This document shows positions 1-9,018 of a stretch of 64,000 bases of DNA, in pieces (position 1 is the stretch's first letter; the number at the start of each line of letters is the position of its first letter). The position numbers and the translations under genes are program-made. The stretch comes from a virus (Duplodnaviria; Heunggongvirae; Uroviricota; Caudoviricetes), in IMG/VR virus record IMGVR_UViG_3300037312_000757. One strand, 5' to 3'. Under the pieces are notes generated by a model. The model had not been told where the DNA came from, did no database searches, and worked only from the letters and a program-made list of their open reading frames with translations.

Positions 1-135
1 TGTTTCTTTTACTGTTGGATGATTGCGTTCAAGCCAGACTGCTAGTTCTGACTTGGGCTTCTCTTCAGCCACCAATAGCTTTGCGTACTTGCTCATCTTG
101 GGAGGGGGCGGAGTGGCTACCACCCCAATTACTTT

Positions 136-735
136 TCAGTCAGCTACTTGCAGACCGAACATCTTAACGAAGTCTTCCAGGCCCTTCTCAAAGCCTTCAC
201 CGACCGTCTTGAACGTCCAGTGACCATCGTTGTTACGCTTGATCTCGGCGAATGCGACCGCCGTTGCACGACCACCGTCTTCTTCGAGGTCAAAGCGGGC
301 GAGCTCTTCGCCACCCTTGTCCATGTCCATCAAGCGAATATAAGCGCCATCAACTTGACCGAACGTTTGCTTGCGTGCCACTGCGTCATAGATCGTGACG
401 ACGAAAGCAATTTCCTTAGCATTCTCAGGCAGTGCCGACAGACTCGGAATAACGATTGTTTCGAGGTCAGTTGCAACAGCACCACCAATCTTCTGGTCGC
501 CGCTATGCTTGATGACACCACCCGGGCAGCTTTGCTGGTGATAGAAGGCAACCCATTCTTCGCCAATCGACATTTCATCCGCGCCCAGCACGAATGCCGT
601 CAAGTCCAGGTCGAAGTCGGCTTGTGTGTCGTACTTCTTACCCTTCCAGCCAATAGCCACTGCAATATTGTTAAGCAGAGAGCCGTCCTCTTTGCGAAGC
701 TTGAGGCCTTCGCCCTTCTTGAGATTCAATGCCAT
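136..735 (-). CDS. terD: TerD-domain stress / tellurite-resistance family protein
   Basis: 199-aa ORF with near full-length TerD / general-stress-protein-16U pattern (MA.SL.KG...GW......D.DLD.S.F..G.......F..Q..FG.V.GAYIRL). ATG at 733-735. Confidence 0.85.
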   Translation of the reverse strand: MALNLKKGEGLKLRKEDGSLLNNIAVAIGWKGKKYDTQADFDLDLTAFVLGADEMSIGEEWVAFYHQQSCPGGVIKHSGDQKIGGAVATDLETIVIPSLSALPENAKEIAFVVTIYDAVARKQTFGQVDGAYIRLMDMDKGGEELARFDLEEDGGRATAVAFAEIKRNNDGHWTFKTVGEGFEKGLEDFVKMFGLQVAD

Positions 736-813
736 TTTATTCTTCTTTTGTTTTTGTTAGGCGGGGAATTACACCCCGCCGTTATTCTACAACTCTACTT
801 GCCAGTTGCAACC

Positions 814-1878
814 TTAGTTGGCAACTTGCTCCGTCTTGGCTTCAGCAATAGCATCAGCCTTGTTCGCACGAATTGAATGATAACCAGCAGCAACGATCAG
901 CACCGCACCGATCAGACCAGTGAACCATTCCGGCACTTCGTACGCAGTATTCACGAACATAATCGCAGCCAGGACACCAATAGCCCAGAACGCACCGTGT
1001 TCGAGATAACGCAACGTGTTCAGCACGCCACCTTCCGTCAAGTAGATTGTGAGGCTTCGTACAAACAGCGCACCAATACCCAGACCAGCAGCGATCACGA
1101 TAAAGTTATTCGACAGTGCAAACGCACCAATCACACCGTCAAAGCTGAACGACGCGTCGACAACTTCAATGTGAACTAGTGCCGCAATACCAGCCGATGC
1201 AGCAACACCAGTCGCAACGCCGCTTGCCATAGCCGCTTCATTTTGACCTTCCATCAGCTTCTTGATACCACCAACGAGTACGTTAGCAATGATACCAACC
1301 ATCGAAGCAATCACGAATTCGAATTTGTGATCGGCCGGAACGATCAGCGAGAACAGAGCAACCACGATCAGCGTAAATGCAACTTGCGCCATTTCGATCT
1401 TGCCGAGTGCAGCCAGCTTCGTTTCGATAAAGCCGACCCAGTGTTCGTCCTTTTCTTCGTCGATGAATTGCTCAGCGAACAGCATCATCAGGAACGCACC
1501 ACCAAATCCTGCGATTGTGATGTGTGCCGATTGTACGTGCGCAGCATATTCAGCTGGCTTTGCGATTGCGAGATGCAATGCTTCCAGCGGCGAGATCCAC
1601 GCAGTGACGCTGACGATCAAGATCGGGAACAGCAAACGCATAAACGCGACAGCGATCACCATACCCCAGACGAGGAACCACTTGCGTTGTTTCTCGTTCA
1701 TGTTTTCCAGCAGCGTTGCGTTGACTACCGCATTGTCAAACGACACACTGATTTCCAGGATGGCAAGAACGGTTGTTGCGACGAGACCACCTTCGATGCC
1801 GTAGAAAAACGCCATCAACGCGATGATGATCGGGGCGAGAAAAAGTTCCGCCTTAAAATACTTCCAAATCGTATTCAT
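814..1878 (-). CDS. TerC-family / DUF475-type integral membrane protein
   Basis: 354 aa with multiple TM helices and paired motifs (EISVSFDNAVVNA ; VDASFSFDGVIGAFAL) typical of TerC/DUF475 proteins. Adjacent to terD. Confidence 0.7.
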   Translation of the reverse strand: MNTIWKYFKAELFLAPIIIALMAFFYGIEGGLVATTVLAILEISVSFDNAVVNATLLENMNEKQRKWFLVWGMVIAVAFMRLLFPILIVSVTAWISPLEALHLAIAKPAEYAAHVQSAHITIAGFGGAFLMMLFAEQFIDEEKDEHWVGFIETKLAALGKIEMAQVAFTLIVVALFSLIVPADHKFEFVIASMVGIIANVLVGGIKKLMEGQNEAAMASGVATGVAASAGIAALVHIEVVDASFSFDGVIGAFALSNNFIVIAAGLGIGALFVRSLTIYLTEGGVLNTLRYLEHGAFWAIGVLAAIMFVNTAYEVPEWFTGLIGAVLIVAAGYHSIRANKADAIAEAKTEQVAN

Positions 1879-1896
1879 GATTTTTGATTTTTGAGA

Positions 1897-2619
1897 TTAG
1901 GCCGAAGCCGGGGCGAACTGCTTGATCCACGTGCAGAACTCTTCGTTCAGCAGCAATGCATAAAGCTGGTCGTCAGTCATGTTGTGAATGTCGGACAAAG
2001 CCGCAAACCCAACATTTGGTTCCGACTCTGCGAGATTCTGCAGGGTTTGGAAACGTTCACTACCAATGCCAAGGAACATCCAGTAAATGTTCTTGTCACG
2101 GGTGCTTGCGATCAGTTGCGCAGTGCGCTCAACGTCGCTATAGTCGTTTTCGCCGTCAGTGTTGAACATGACGAACATAGGCAGATTCGGATCAGTTGCG
2201 GCAACTTCTTTCTTGCCAAACAGTCGGCCAAGCAAACCTGGCTTGCTGCCACCATCCGGGTGATCGTATGCGTTGATCACGGCTTCGATCGCGCGTGAGT
2301 AAACAGTACCGCCACCGTGGAAGTGCGGAATGAGTTCCTTCTGAACATACGTGCCAAATGTGTCTGGCGTTGCATCAGCGAGCTTCTTAGCTGATGTGTT
2401 GAAGATGAACTGCTCGAGGCTTTGGTTGTCGTCGAAACGCACGGCAACAGCCAACGAACGGTCGACGGTTTCTTGCATCACACCGCTTTGATAAAGACCG
2501 CTCATGGAACCTGAGCCATCATTTACCATCACTACGCGTGCGATGAGGTTTTCTGGGACGTTGAACTTCTTGAGGCGGAGACCTACCAGTTCGGTCTTCT
2601 TCTGTAATGAAAGAGCCAC
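1897..2619 (-). CDS. von Willebrand factor A (vWA) domain protein, TerY-like
   Basis: 240 aa with MIDAS motif DGSGSM and later TDGE. GTG start preceded by AAGGA. Third gene of the ter-like cluster. Confidence 0.65.
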   Translation of the reverse strand: MALSLQKKTELVGLRLKKFNVPENLIARVVMVNDGSGSMSGLYQSGVMQETVDRSLAVAVRFDDNQSLEQFIFNTSAKKLADATPDTFGTYVQKELIPHFHGGGTVYSRAIEAVINAYDHPDGGSKPGLLGRLFGKKEVAATDPNLPMFVMFNTDGENDYSDVERTAQLIASTRDKNIYWMFLGIGSERFQTLQNLAESEPNVGFAALSDIHNMTDDQLYALLLNEEFCTWIKQFAPASA

Positions 2620-2695
2620 TTTTGTTTTTCCTTATTGTAGCAGCATGCTACGAGTTAATGCCAAACCGTAGTGTACAACAGTTTGGCAACCTTGC

Positions 2696-2878
2696 TTACG
2701 AAGCTGGTTTGAACTTGATACGAACTGGCTCTTCGTCTACGGAGAGACGATAGATGCGGGGCTCATGCCCTTGATTGACTAGATGATTAGCATATGACTG
2801 CGCATCTTCTTCATTTGCTCGATAACGCATGTTACCGATATTGAGGGCACCGCGATAGATTGACGTAACGAAATACAT
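2696..2878 (-). CDS. hypothetical small protein
   Basis: 60-aa ORF with no clear RBS. Upstream perfect palindrome GCCATATGTTatgAACATATGGC. Confidence 0.35.
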   Translation of the reverse strand: MYFVTSIYRGALNIGNMRYRANEEDAQSYANHLVNQGHEPRIYRLSVDEEPVRIKFKPAS

Positions 2879-2946
2879 TTGAATTGCCAGTTACGAAGAA
2901 AGCCATATGTTATGAACATATGGCAATCTTGTAAATGCAGAACTGG

Positions 2947-3264
2947 CTAAGCTGGTGGAAGCAGATGCTTGAAGTGAACGTAGTTGTCGATCACCCAATC
3001 ACGAGGCGAAACAAATTTGCCGCCTGTTGCGCTGCCGTTACGAACTTGATTGCTGTACGGCGGGATCTTCAGCAACAGATACATGGCCGCACCGTGGACG
3101 TATGGTACACCTGCATCTTCCCAAGCGTCCTTGTACTGTTCGACCTTGTCGCCATCGCAGGAGATTGCGCCCTGCACAGAATACAGATGTGTGGGGATCT
3201 CGAGGTTAGAGAAGAACGTGCCAAGATGTTCGTCCAGCCACTTGTAATGGTTGATATAAGCCAT
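2947..3264 (-). CDS. hypothetical protein
   Basis: 105 aa. RBS GGAAGTGGTG. TAATG overlap with the upstream gene. The plus-strand ORF 2935..3291 is an antisense shadow. Confidence 0.55.
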   Translation of the reverse strand: MAYINHYKWLDEHLGTFFSNLEIPTHLYSVQGAISCDGDKVEQYKDAWEDAGVPYVHGAAMYLLLKIPPYSNQVRNGSATGGKFVSPRDWVIDNYVHFKHLLPPA

Positions 3265-3551
3265 TACACCACTTCCAGTTCGTATGCTTGACCAAACGAG
3301 TGGTGATCATCGAACAGCTCTTCTTCGCAGCTCACGTGCGGACTGTTGAACTCCACGCTCAGCGATTCCCAGTCACGAGCACGCAAACCAACGGAACGCG
3401 TCCAGTTGACCTTGATTGTGGTTGATGTCGCCGGGTTATTGAACCGCATCGTCAGCTCGTCCACCTGCATGTCGTTGACAATCATGCGGATCATGTTGTA
3501 GAACTTCTGCGCTTCTTGCTTGGACAGGATGCGACCAACTTTCGTGTACAT
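3264..3551 (-). CDS. hypothetical protein
   Basis: Track ORF 3264..3593 trimmed to Met15 (MYTKVG) just downstream of AGGAGG. The first 14 codons are the translated promoter/leader repeat. Confidence 0.55.
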   Translation of the reverse strand: MYTKVGRILSKQEAQKFYNMIRMIVNDMQVDELTMRFNNPATSTTIKVNWTRSVGLRARDWESLSVEFNSPHVSCEEELFDDHHSFGQAYELEVV

Positions 3552-3605
3552 ACGCCCTCCTATTTGTTCACCATATAAACATGGTACGTTCATATGGTGA
3601 ACGAG

Positions 3606-4514
3606 TCAAGCGAGGCTGTCTTTATCAAGACAACCGAACATGCGGAGTGAAGCTTGGCGCATACGCTCACCCAGTACACGGTCATTGAACTTGTAAACGT
3701 TTATACGCATACGGCCGTAGGCGAACGGACCATCATCACCCACCAACAAGTCGACTTCACCTGTCTCTAGAGCTGCTACAGCGTCGTCAACGTCCCAGGA
3801 ATACGTGACCGATCGTTCTTGCTGGAACGGTATACTCTGTAGATGGCCGAGGTCAATGAAGAATTGTGCTTCATCCTTCAAACTCAGAAAGAACGTGGGT
3901 TCACCGTTGAAGTATCGATATACGTTGCCACGTTCGACGACTTCGAGCATGTTTTCACGCACGTATGTTGTACCACCTTCAACTTGGCGGTACTTGTTCA
4001 CACATTGTACACGATACGTGGTGATACGGTCGGAGCTGACATCGTCGTATTCAATGCTTTGCACAATGCCATATTCAAATTCACTGCGTCCACGGAAAGT
4101 GAACTTGATGAAGTCTCGTTCCCAAGCACGCGTAACAGGGAGATCAGCGATGAACGTTCGATTCTCGAGACGGTCGTCTACCACGTCGTGCCCTTCCGTG
4201 TTGCGTTCAGCGCGTGCATCGGAGAGTCGCCGATTGTATTCAGCCTTGTCAGTCATCGAGACTTTCCACATGTTGGGACTCGATGTGGTGCCGTCTTCCC
4301 ATTCGACGATAGCACCTCGGTCGATCTCGTAGATCCCAGGCTTTCGGGCCGAATAGCTGCCAATACGTGGTGAATAATGCAGAACGCGGTTCTTGCCGAC
4401 AATCACACCCTTCGTTCGATCCTTTACGGGGTCGCCTTTTTGCGCGTAATAGTCTTCACCACGATTGAAGATGACTTCGTCACCAACACGCATCACATTT
4501 TCAGTAAACGACAT
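3606..4514 (-). CDS. hypothetical protein (302 aa)
   Basis: Long ORF. RBS GGAGGTG before ATG. No recognised domain. Confidence 0.65.
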   Translation of the reverse strand: MSFTENVMRVGDEVIFNRGEDYYAQKGDPVKDRTKGVIVGKNRVLHYSPRIGSYSARKPGIYEIDRGAIVEWEDGTTSSPNMWKVSMTDKAEYNRRLSDARAERNTEGHDVVDDRLENRTFIADLPVTRAWERDFIKFTFRGRSEFEYGIVQSIEYDDVSSDRITTYRVQCVNKYRQVEGGTTYVRENMLEVVERGNVYRYFNGEPTFFLSLKDEAQFFIDLGHLQSIPFQQERSVTYSWDVDDAVAALETGEVDLLVGDDGPFAYGRMRINVYKFNDRVLGERMRQASLRMFGCLDKDSLA

Positions 4515-4515
4515 T

Positions 4516-4707
4516 TCACCTCCTGAAAGATTGACCGGCTTCGCGCAGCTTGACTTGATCGATGATAGCCGAAAGCTTGAAACCTTCTTCCATCACACGT
4601 CGTGTTTGCTCGTCGTCACGCATCAACCAGATTATGGTTGCGAAAGCCCCTCCTATCTCGATGATGCTGGCACCACCGAGAATGACGGGGAAGAGTAGGC
4701 TATTCAT
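4516..4707 (-). CDS. small membrane protein
   Basis: Start moved to MNSLLFPVILGG (hydrophobic helix) to avoid an ~70-nt overlap with the upstream gene. Weak RBS. Confidence 0.4.
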   Translation of the reverse strand: MNSLLFPVILGGASIIEIGGAFATIIWLMRDDEQTRRVMEEGFKLSAIIDQVKLREAGQSFRR

Positions 4708-4987
4708 AGCTGTATTCGGCCGGATCGACGAAACCAGCTGCGGCAACGAATAGATCATCAGCTTTGGCAAGGCTTTCGATGTGATCTTCCATTTCCAACC
4801 ATTCGAGCATACTCACGCCATCATGCTTGTCCATGGCGTCAATAGCGTGGCCACCGTTGAGGCGGGCGTCGATCTCTGCGCACACAACTTCATACATCGG
4901 ATGCATTTCGTTGGCCTCGATCTTGGCCAGCTCCAGGTCAGTCATCTTCTTGACCGACGTCAGTTGCTGGTAATCGAAATCGACCAT
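4700..4987 (-). CDS. hypothetical acidic protein
   Basis: Trimmed to Met17 (MVDFDYQQ) after GGAGAG. Promoter repeat upstream. Confidence 0.55.
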   Translation of the reverse strand: MVDFDYQQLTSVKKMTDLELAKIEANEMHPMYEVVCAEIDARLNGGHAIDAMDKHDGVSMLEWLEMEDHIESLAKADDLFVAAAGFVDPAEYSYE

Positions 4988-5055
4988 TTCTACTCTCCTT
5001 GAATGTTGTTCGCCACACGCAAATGGTAAGTTCATATGAGGGTGGCGTCAAGCGC

Positions 5056-5364
5056 TCACAGTTGAGTCTTCATCTTTCGCATCATCTGCGCAACGGAAAT
5101 GCATCCAGCTTCGCGCCCGCGTTGATCCACAATTGACATTCTGGCACGATCACCGCGCATTCCCGTACCGAATTCACGACCTCGTTCGGTTGCTTGCTTT
5201 GCAAGTTCCTCCAGAAGAAAGCCGGTAAACTTGCGCAGTTCATCCGTAACCATGATACGTTCACGGACACCCTGCGCCTCACCGTTTGCGTCGATGATGC
5301 CATCGGAGACATCGAAACCTGCTTGGCGGGCCAGTGCGAAAATGTCGATCTTCGTTGCCATCAT
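5056..5364 (-). CDS. hypothetical protein
   Basis: 102 aa. RBS GGAGAAC. Promoter repeat at 5370-5415. Confidence 0.55.
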   Translation of the reverse strand: MMATKIDIFALARQAGFDVSDGIIDANGEAQGVRERIMVTDELRKFTGFLLEELAKQATERGREFGTGMRGDRARMSIVDQRGREAGCISVAQMMRKMKTQL

Positions 5365-5415
5365 GTTCTCCTGTTCATTACCATATTCAAATAGTAAGTT
5401 CAGGTGAACATAACG

Positions 5416-6282
5416 TCAAGTGCCTGAAACAGCAGCGTAGAGGATTTCGATGCAGACGTCTTCAGTTTCGAAGTCAACGTCACGCTCTGGGTTGTATTCA
5501 ACCAACTCAAAACCGACTAACTTGGTTTTGTCCATGACTTCGAATGCCGTAACAACTTCCCACGCATCAAGCCCATTTTCTTCTGGAGAACCAACGCCAG
5601 GAGCTTGCTTCGGGTCAATCGAATCAACATCAAACGTGATACCAAATCCGATTGTGTTCTTTGTAACGATTTCTATTGCCTCGCCCAAGCAATAGAGAAA
5701 ACCTTTCTGTTGTACTTCTTCGATACGCATGACGCGAACACCCATGCTGGCAAGCAATTGTTCCTCGCCTGCTTCGCTGCTACGGGCGCCGATCACCACA
5801 ACGTTTTCTGGCTTGAACTTGGGCAGCGCATCAGCAATGCTAGTCAACTTATCATTGCCCTTACCTAGCAAGTGAGCCAAGGGCATACCATGAGGCGCAC
5901 CACTTTCTGATGTTTCAGGTGTATGGCTGTCCAAGTGTGCATCGATCCAAATCAGGCCGATGTCACCACGATCACGGTAGGTTTTCGCTATCGCACTCCA
6001 GGTACCAATAGCACAAGAATGATCGCCGCCGATCACGACAGGGAATACTTCCCGCTTCATCACTGCATCAACTGCTGATGCCAAGCGTGGCATGTAATCT
6101 TCGACAATAGCCATCTTGGATCCGAGCGACGCATCTGACGTGACCGTTTGGCCTAAGGCGATTGTAAGTTTGTGGGATTGAAGATCTTGAAGACGTTGCT
6201 GCAATGCAGCCGGGCCAGCTTTGCACTGGACAATTCGGGCACCTTCGCCAATCTCGGCGAAGACTACTTCGATATGAGACAT
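5416..6282 (-). CDS. arginase/agmatinase/formiminoglutamase-family ureohydrolase
   Basis: Ureohydrolase signature motifs GGDHS, DAHLD and FDVDSIDP present. Start set at MSHIEVV (GGGAG 5 nt upstream). Confidence 0.8.
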   Translation of the reverse strand: MSHIEVVFAEIGEGARIVQCKAGPAALQQRLQDLQSHKLTIALGQTVTSDASLGSKMAIVEDYMPRLASAVDAVMKREVFPVVIGGDHSCAIGTWSAIAKTYRDRGDIGLIWIDAHLDSHTPETSESGAPHGMPLAHLLGKGNDKLTSIADALPKFKPENVVVIGARSSEAGEEQLLASMGVRVMRIEEVQQKGFLYCLGEAIEIVTKNTIGFGITFDVDSIDPKQAPGVGSPEENGLDAWEVVTAFEVMDKTKLVGFELVEYNPERDVDFETEDVCIEILYAAVSGT

Positions 6283-6308
6283 TAGAACTCCCAGACGATG
6301 TATGGCAA

Positions 6309-6350
6309 TTGGCACGGACTCAAGTATAACAGTCCGTGCCAATTTTTTGT
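6309..6350 (+). terminator. hairpin plus T-run oriented on the plus strand in a minus-strand block
   Basis: TTGGCACGGACTcaagtataacAGTCCGTGCCAA plus TTTTTTG. No plus-strand gene upstream. May block antisense read-through or act bidirectionally. Confidence 0.4.
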
Positions 6351-6359
6351 TTGCCTTAT

Positions 6360-6818
6360 TTAGTTCACCTGGGGTTCATGCCCAACATGAAGGAATGTGA
6401 ACGGGACGATAATACTACGCATGCGCTTGTGTCCCCAGTACATGAACAGCATCTTCTTGCCGACTTCGTCAACAACAAAGTCGAACAGTTCGCGTTTGTT
6501 GATCTCGCGCATGTTTTGCGTCGACTCGACGGTGAACAACATGCGTTGATAACCAACTTCGTGGGTGTCTTCGTAGCGGAATGCGTTTACGCGGAACTGA
6601 ATAAAGTATTCGTTGATCAGCTTGCGTGACGACAGGTCGAAGACACGACTGTCATGTAGGCTGAACTCCGTGCCACCCAGCACGTTTTCAGTGTAATGTC
6701 GTAGGCTGGCGGTAGCAGCCCAGAACGCTTTGTATTCAGCGTTGACGTCCCCGGTATACTTCGGATCATTGAGCTTACGGTGAAGCTCTGCCGACGTCCG
6801 GGCGTATTGTTCGAGCAT
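6360..6818 (-). CDS. hypothetical protein
   Basis: 152-aa ORF. No recognised motif (not ThyX: no RHRxxS). Confidence 0.6.
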   Translation of the reverse strand: MLEQYARTSAELHRKLNDPKYTGDVNAEYKAFWAATASLRHYTENVLGGTEFSLHDSRVFDLSSRKLINEYFIQFRVNAFRYEDTHEVGYQRMLFTVESTQNMREINKRELFDFVVDEVGKKMLFMYWGHKRMRSIIVPFTFLHVGHEPQVN

Positions 6819-6827
6819 GCTTTCCCC

Positions 6828-7064
6828 TTACAGTGAAGAGATCACCATCAAAATGTCGTAGCCTGCATCACGACGACCTTGTTTCATAGCACCTTTCTGG
6901 CCCCACGGATCTTGACCCTGGTACCTTGGGTCGCTGTCATCGCGGGTGATGTCGAATGCTTTGCCCAGAAGCAATGTTGAGAAAAGTTTCAATTGTGCTT
7001 CGGCAAGCTCACTGTCTATCACCAAGTTTGCTTGGGCGGCAAGGGCCTTGAGGTCGATTTTCAT
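6828..7064 (-). CDS. hypothetical protein
   Basis: 78 aa. RBS GGAGAA. ATGA overlap with the upstream gene. Confidence 0.55.
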   Translation of the reverse strand: MKIDLKALAAQANLVIDSELAEAQLKLFSTLLLGKAFDITRDDSDPRYQGQDPWGQKGAMKQGRRDAGYDILMVISSL

Positions 7065-7258
7065 CAGTTCTCCTTGACTTTGCGGGTCCGAACTACTGCG
7101 CAGTGAAAGCCGGCCGTTTTTCTGTAACCATGTTGCTGGTTATAGCAATCAGCAAAGGCTTCGGCTTTTGCTTTGTCGTCAAACGTATCGAGAAGGGCAT
7201 AGTCAGGGCCGCCGATACGGTCGCCTTTCACTTTGTGATACACGTAGAACGTGGCCAT
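7064..7258 (-). CDS. hypothetical protein
   Basis: Trimmed to Met10 (MATFYVYH) after CAGGAGAAAG. Promoter repeat upstream. Confidence 0.55.
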   Translation of the reverse strand: MATFYVYHKVKGDRIGGPDYALLDTFDDKAKAEAFADCYNQQHGYRKTAGFHCAVVRTRKVKEN

Positions 7259-7332
7259 TTTTGCTTTCTCCTGTTCATCTACCATGCAAGCATGGTACTT
7301 TCATATGGCAACGAGTCAAGTACCAAATGATG

Positions 7333-7354
7333 AAAAGTCCCAAAGGAGACTTTT
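7333..7354 (-). terminator. intrinsic terminator
   Basis: Minus strand: AAAAGTCtcctttggGACTTTT plus TCATCATTT, after the stop at 7380. Confidence 0.55.
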
Positions 7355-7379
7355 CAATTGTAACGCCTGCTTCGTCAGA

Positions 7380-7733
7380 TTACTTTAAGAGAGCAGCCAC
7401 GATCGAACGAACTGTTGCACTGCTGACGCCATTTGCTTGCGCGATCTCGTAAGCAGTCTTATCGTCTATGGCTAGAACTGCTCGACCCGCTGCAAATGCA
7501 CGCTGAAGGCCAGCGAGGTCGAATGATGCACCGTGAGCCTGTTTCACATTGAGACCATACTCGTCAACTAACCAGCCCTCGAACGTAACCGCATTGGCGC
7601 ATTGAGCTTCTTGTTTGATGCGTCCCGTACCTTCGCAAACGAAACACTCTTGATCGGTACCAATATCAGGATCACGAACCATTCGTCCCGTACCGTTACA
7701 AGCAGAGCACACTTCACCAGTGTTTGCAGTCAT
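7380..7733 (-). CDS. DnaJ-type zinc-finger (2x CxxCxGxG) plus C-terminal HTH protein, putative regulator
   Basis: CSACNGTG and CFVCEGTG repeats. C-terminal helix-turn-helix-like TAYEIAQANGVSSATVRSIV. Start at MTANTG after CAGGAGAAC. Confidence 0.55.
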   Translation of the reverse strand: MTANTGEVCSACNGTGRMVRDPDIGTDQECFVCEGTGRIKQEAQCANAVTFEGWLVDEYGLNVKQAHGASFDLAGLQRAFAAGRAVLAIDDKTAYEIAQANGVSSATVRSIVAALLK

Positions 7734-7814
7734 ATTGTTCTCCTGAATGATTACCATGCCTCGCATTGTATATTCATTTGGCTAGACGTCAAGCTTTTTC
7801 ATGAATGAAAAAGC

Positions 7815-7839
7815 AAGAGCGGCCAAAACGGCCGCTCTT
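7815..7839 (-). terminator. intrinsic terminator
   Basis: GC-rich stem AAGAGCGGCC/GGCCGCTCTT followed by T5 on the minus strand, after the SBP gene. Confidence 0.6.
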
Positions 7840-7861
7840 GGATCACTACGTTCTAAAGGTC

Positions 7862-8791
7862 TTACTTCAGGTCATAGTAGGACCAAAGACCTTTGTTTCC
7901 AGCCTGCACAACTTGCCATTTCGGGTGCGTGCCGGTCGTGTCCTTCAGGTCCGGGAGTGCTTGCGCTTCGCATGCACGCAGACGTTTCAGTTGATCGATC
8001 TTCTGTGCGCTGTTGTACACACGCGACACGAGCAGAGCTTCAGTTGCGACCGTTTCGACACCGCGTTGGCCGAGGTTGCCATAGCTGACACGCGCGGGCT
8101 TGTACACTTTCGACAATGCTGCCGCTTGTTGCGGCGTCACCGTGAGCAGCTTGAAACGATTGTCGAGGCTTGCGACCGTCGAGAGCGGGGCGCCGCCGAC
8201 TGCTACGAACGCGTCGATCTTGCCGGCTTGCAGCGCTTGCGAAGCTTCGTCGTTGCTGTTGAACGTGATGATGTTGTAGTTGATCTTGGCGAGTGCCTTG
8301 ACCACTTCGGCAGTCAGCGCTGAGCCGCCCACCGCGCCAATGTTGCGGCCGTTCAGATCACCGATGTTGTTGAACACGACTTGCTTGCCGCCGATCGAGA
8401 AGCCACCGAGGCTCATGCCGCCTTCATGCACGCCGTCAGCTCGAGCGACGAAGTGAACTTCTTCGGGGAAAAGTGCCACGACAGTTCGCACGTTGTTCAG
8501 GTCGTCTTCGCTGCGTGCGCGCCAGAACAGTGCGTCGGTCTGCACGATGGCAGCGTTCACCTTGTTCTGCTCCAGCATGTCGAGGTTCGCGTTTGAGCCG
8601 TTCGACGGCACTTCTTGCAGTTGCACGCTACCGCAGCGCGATTGCAGTTCCTTGAACATGCGGCTGTAGGTCAGCTTCTGGTCACCCGTTGCAACCACCA
8701 GCGACTGTGCTTGAGCCACACCCGAGATCGCGACGATCATTGCCAGGCCCACCGATACACGCGTGATGAAACGTTTCATATTCATGTTCAC
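7862..8791 (-). CDS. periplasmic solute-binding protein, TAXI-family TRAP receptor-like
   Basis: Signal peptide (MKRFITRVSVGLAMIVAISGVAQA). ATGD..LTY...VQ.DAL pattern like TAXI/NMT1-type solute-binding proteins. GC-rich relative to neighbours. Confidence 0.6.
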   Translation of the reverse strand: MNMNMKRFITRVSVGLAMIVAISGVAQAQSLVVATGDQKLTYSRMFKELQSRCGSVQLQEVPSNGSNANLDMLEQNKVNAAIVQTDALFWRARSEDDLNNVRTVVALFPEEVHFVARADGVHEGGMSLGGFSIGGKQVVFNNIGDLNGRNIGAVGGSALTAEVVKALAKINYNIITFNSNDEASQALQAGKIDAFVAVGGAPLSTVASLDNRFKLLTVTPQQAAALSKVYKPARVSYGNLGQRGVETVATEALLVSRVYNSAQKIDQLKRLRACEAQALPDLKDTTGTHPKWQVVQAGNKGLWSYYDLK

Positions 8792-8811
8792 TACCTCCTG
8801 TAGTTGTTGAA

Positions 8812-9012
8812 TCAGTTGCGATTGTTGATCGAGAACCCGCTCATGCCGTTGTCATTCGACGGTTGCGGCGCAGGAGCCGACTGTTGCGTTGCTTGCGGTT
8901 GCGACTGCTGAACGGCCTCGCTGCTGCCGCTTTCCGTGTTGCCTTTCAGCATGTACGCGCCAATTGCCACGATAATGGCGAGCGCTGAGAAAATCAAACG
9001 AAATTTCATCAT
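8812..9012 (-). CDS. small secreted/membrane protein, Gln/Pro-rich
   Basis: 66 aa with N-terminal hydrophobic segment. RBS GGAGG. Co-oriented immediately upstream of the SBP gene. Confidence 0.5.
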   Translation of the reverse strand: MMKFRLIFSALAIIVAIGAYMLKGNTESGSSEAVQQSQPQATQQSAPAPQPSNDNGMSGFSINNRN

Positions 9013-9018
9013 GCCTCC

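Noticed and set aside
148-876. Long plus-strand ORF (242 aa) antisense to terD
   Set aside because: It fully overlaps a strongly supported minus-strand TerD gene, has no RBS, and its translated sequence is low-complexity. Antisense shadow.
2935-3291. 118-aa plus-strand ORF
   Set aside because: It overlaps two minus-strand genes linked by a TAATG junction with RBSs, and has no start context of its own.
6360-6818. Flavin-dependent thymidylate synthase (ThyX) suspected from context near nucleotide-metabolism genes
   Set aside because: No RHRxxS or related ThyX motifs. Left as hypothetical.
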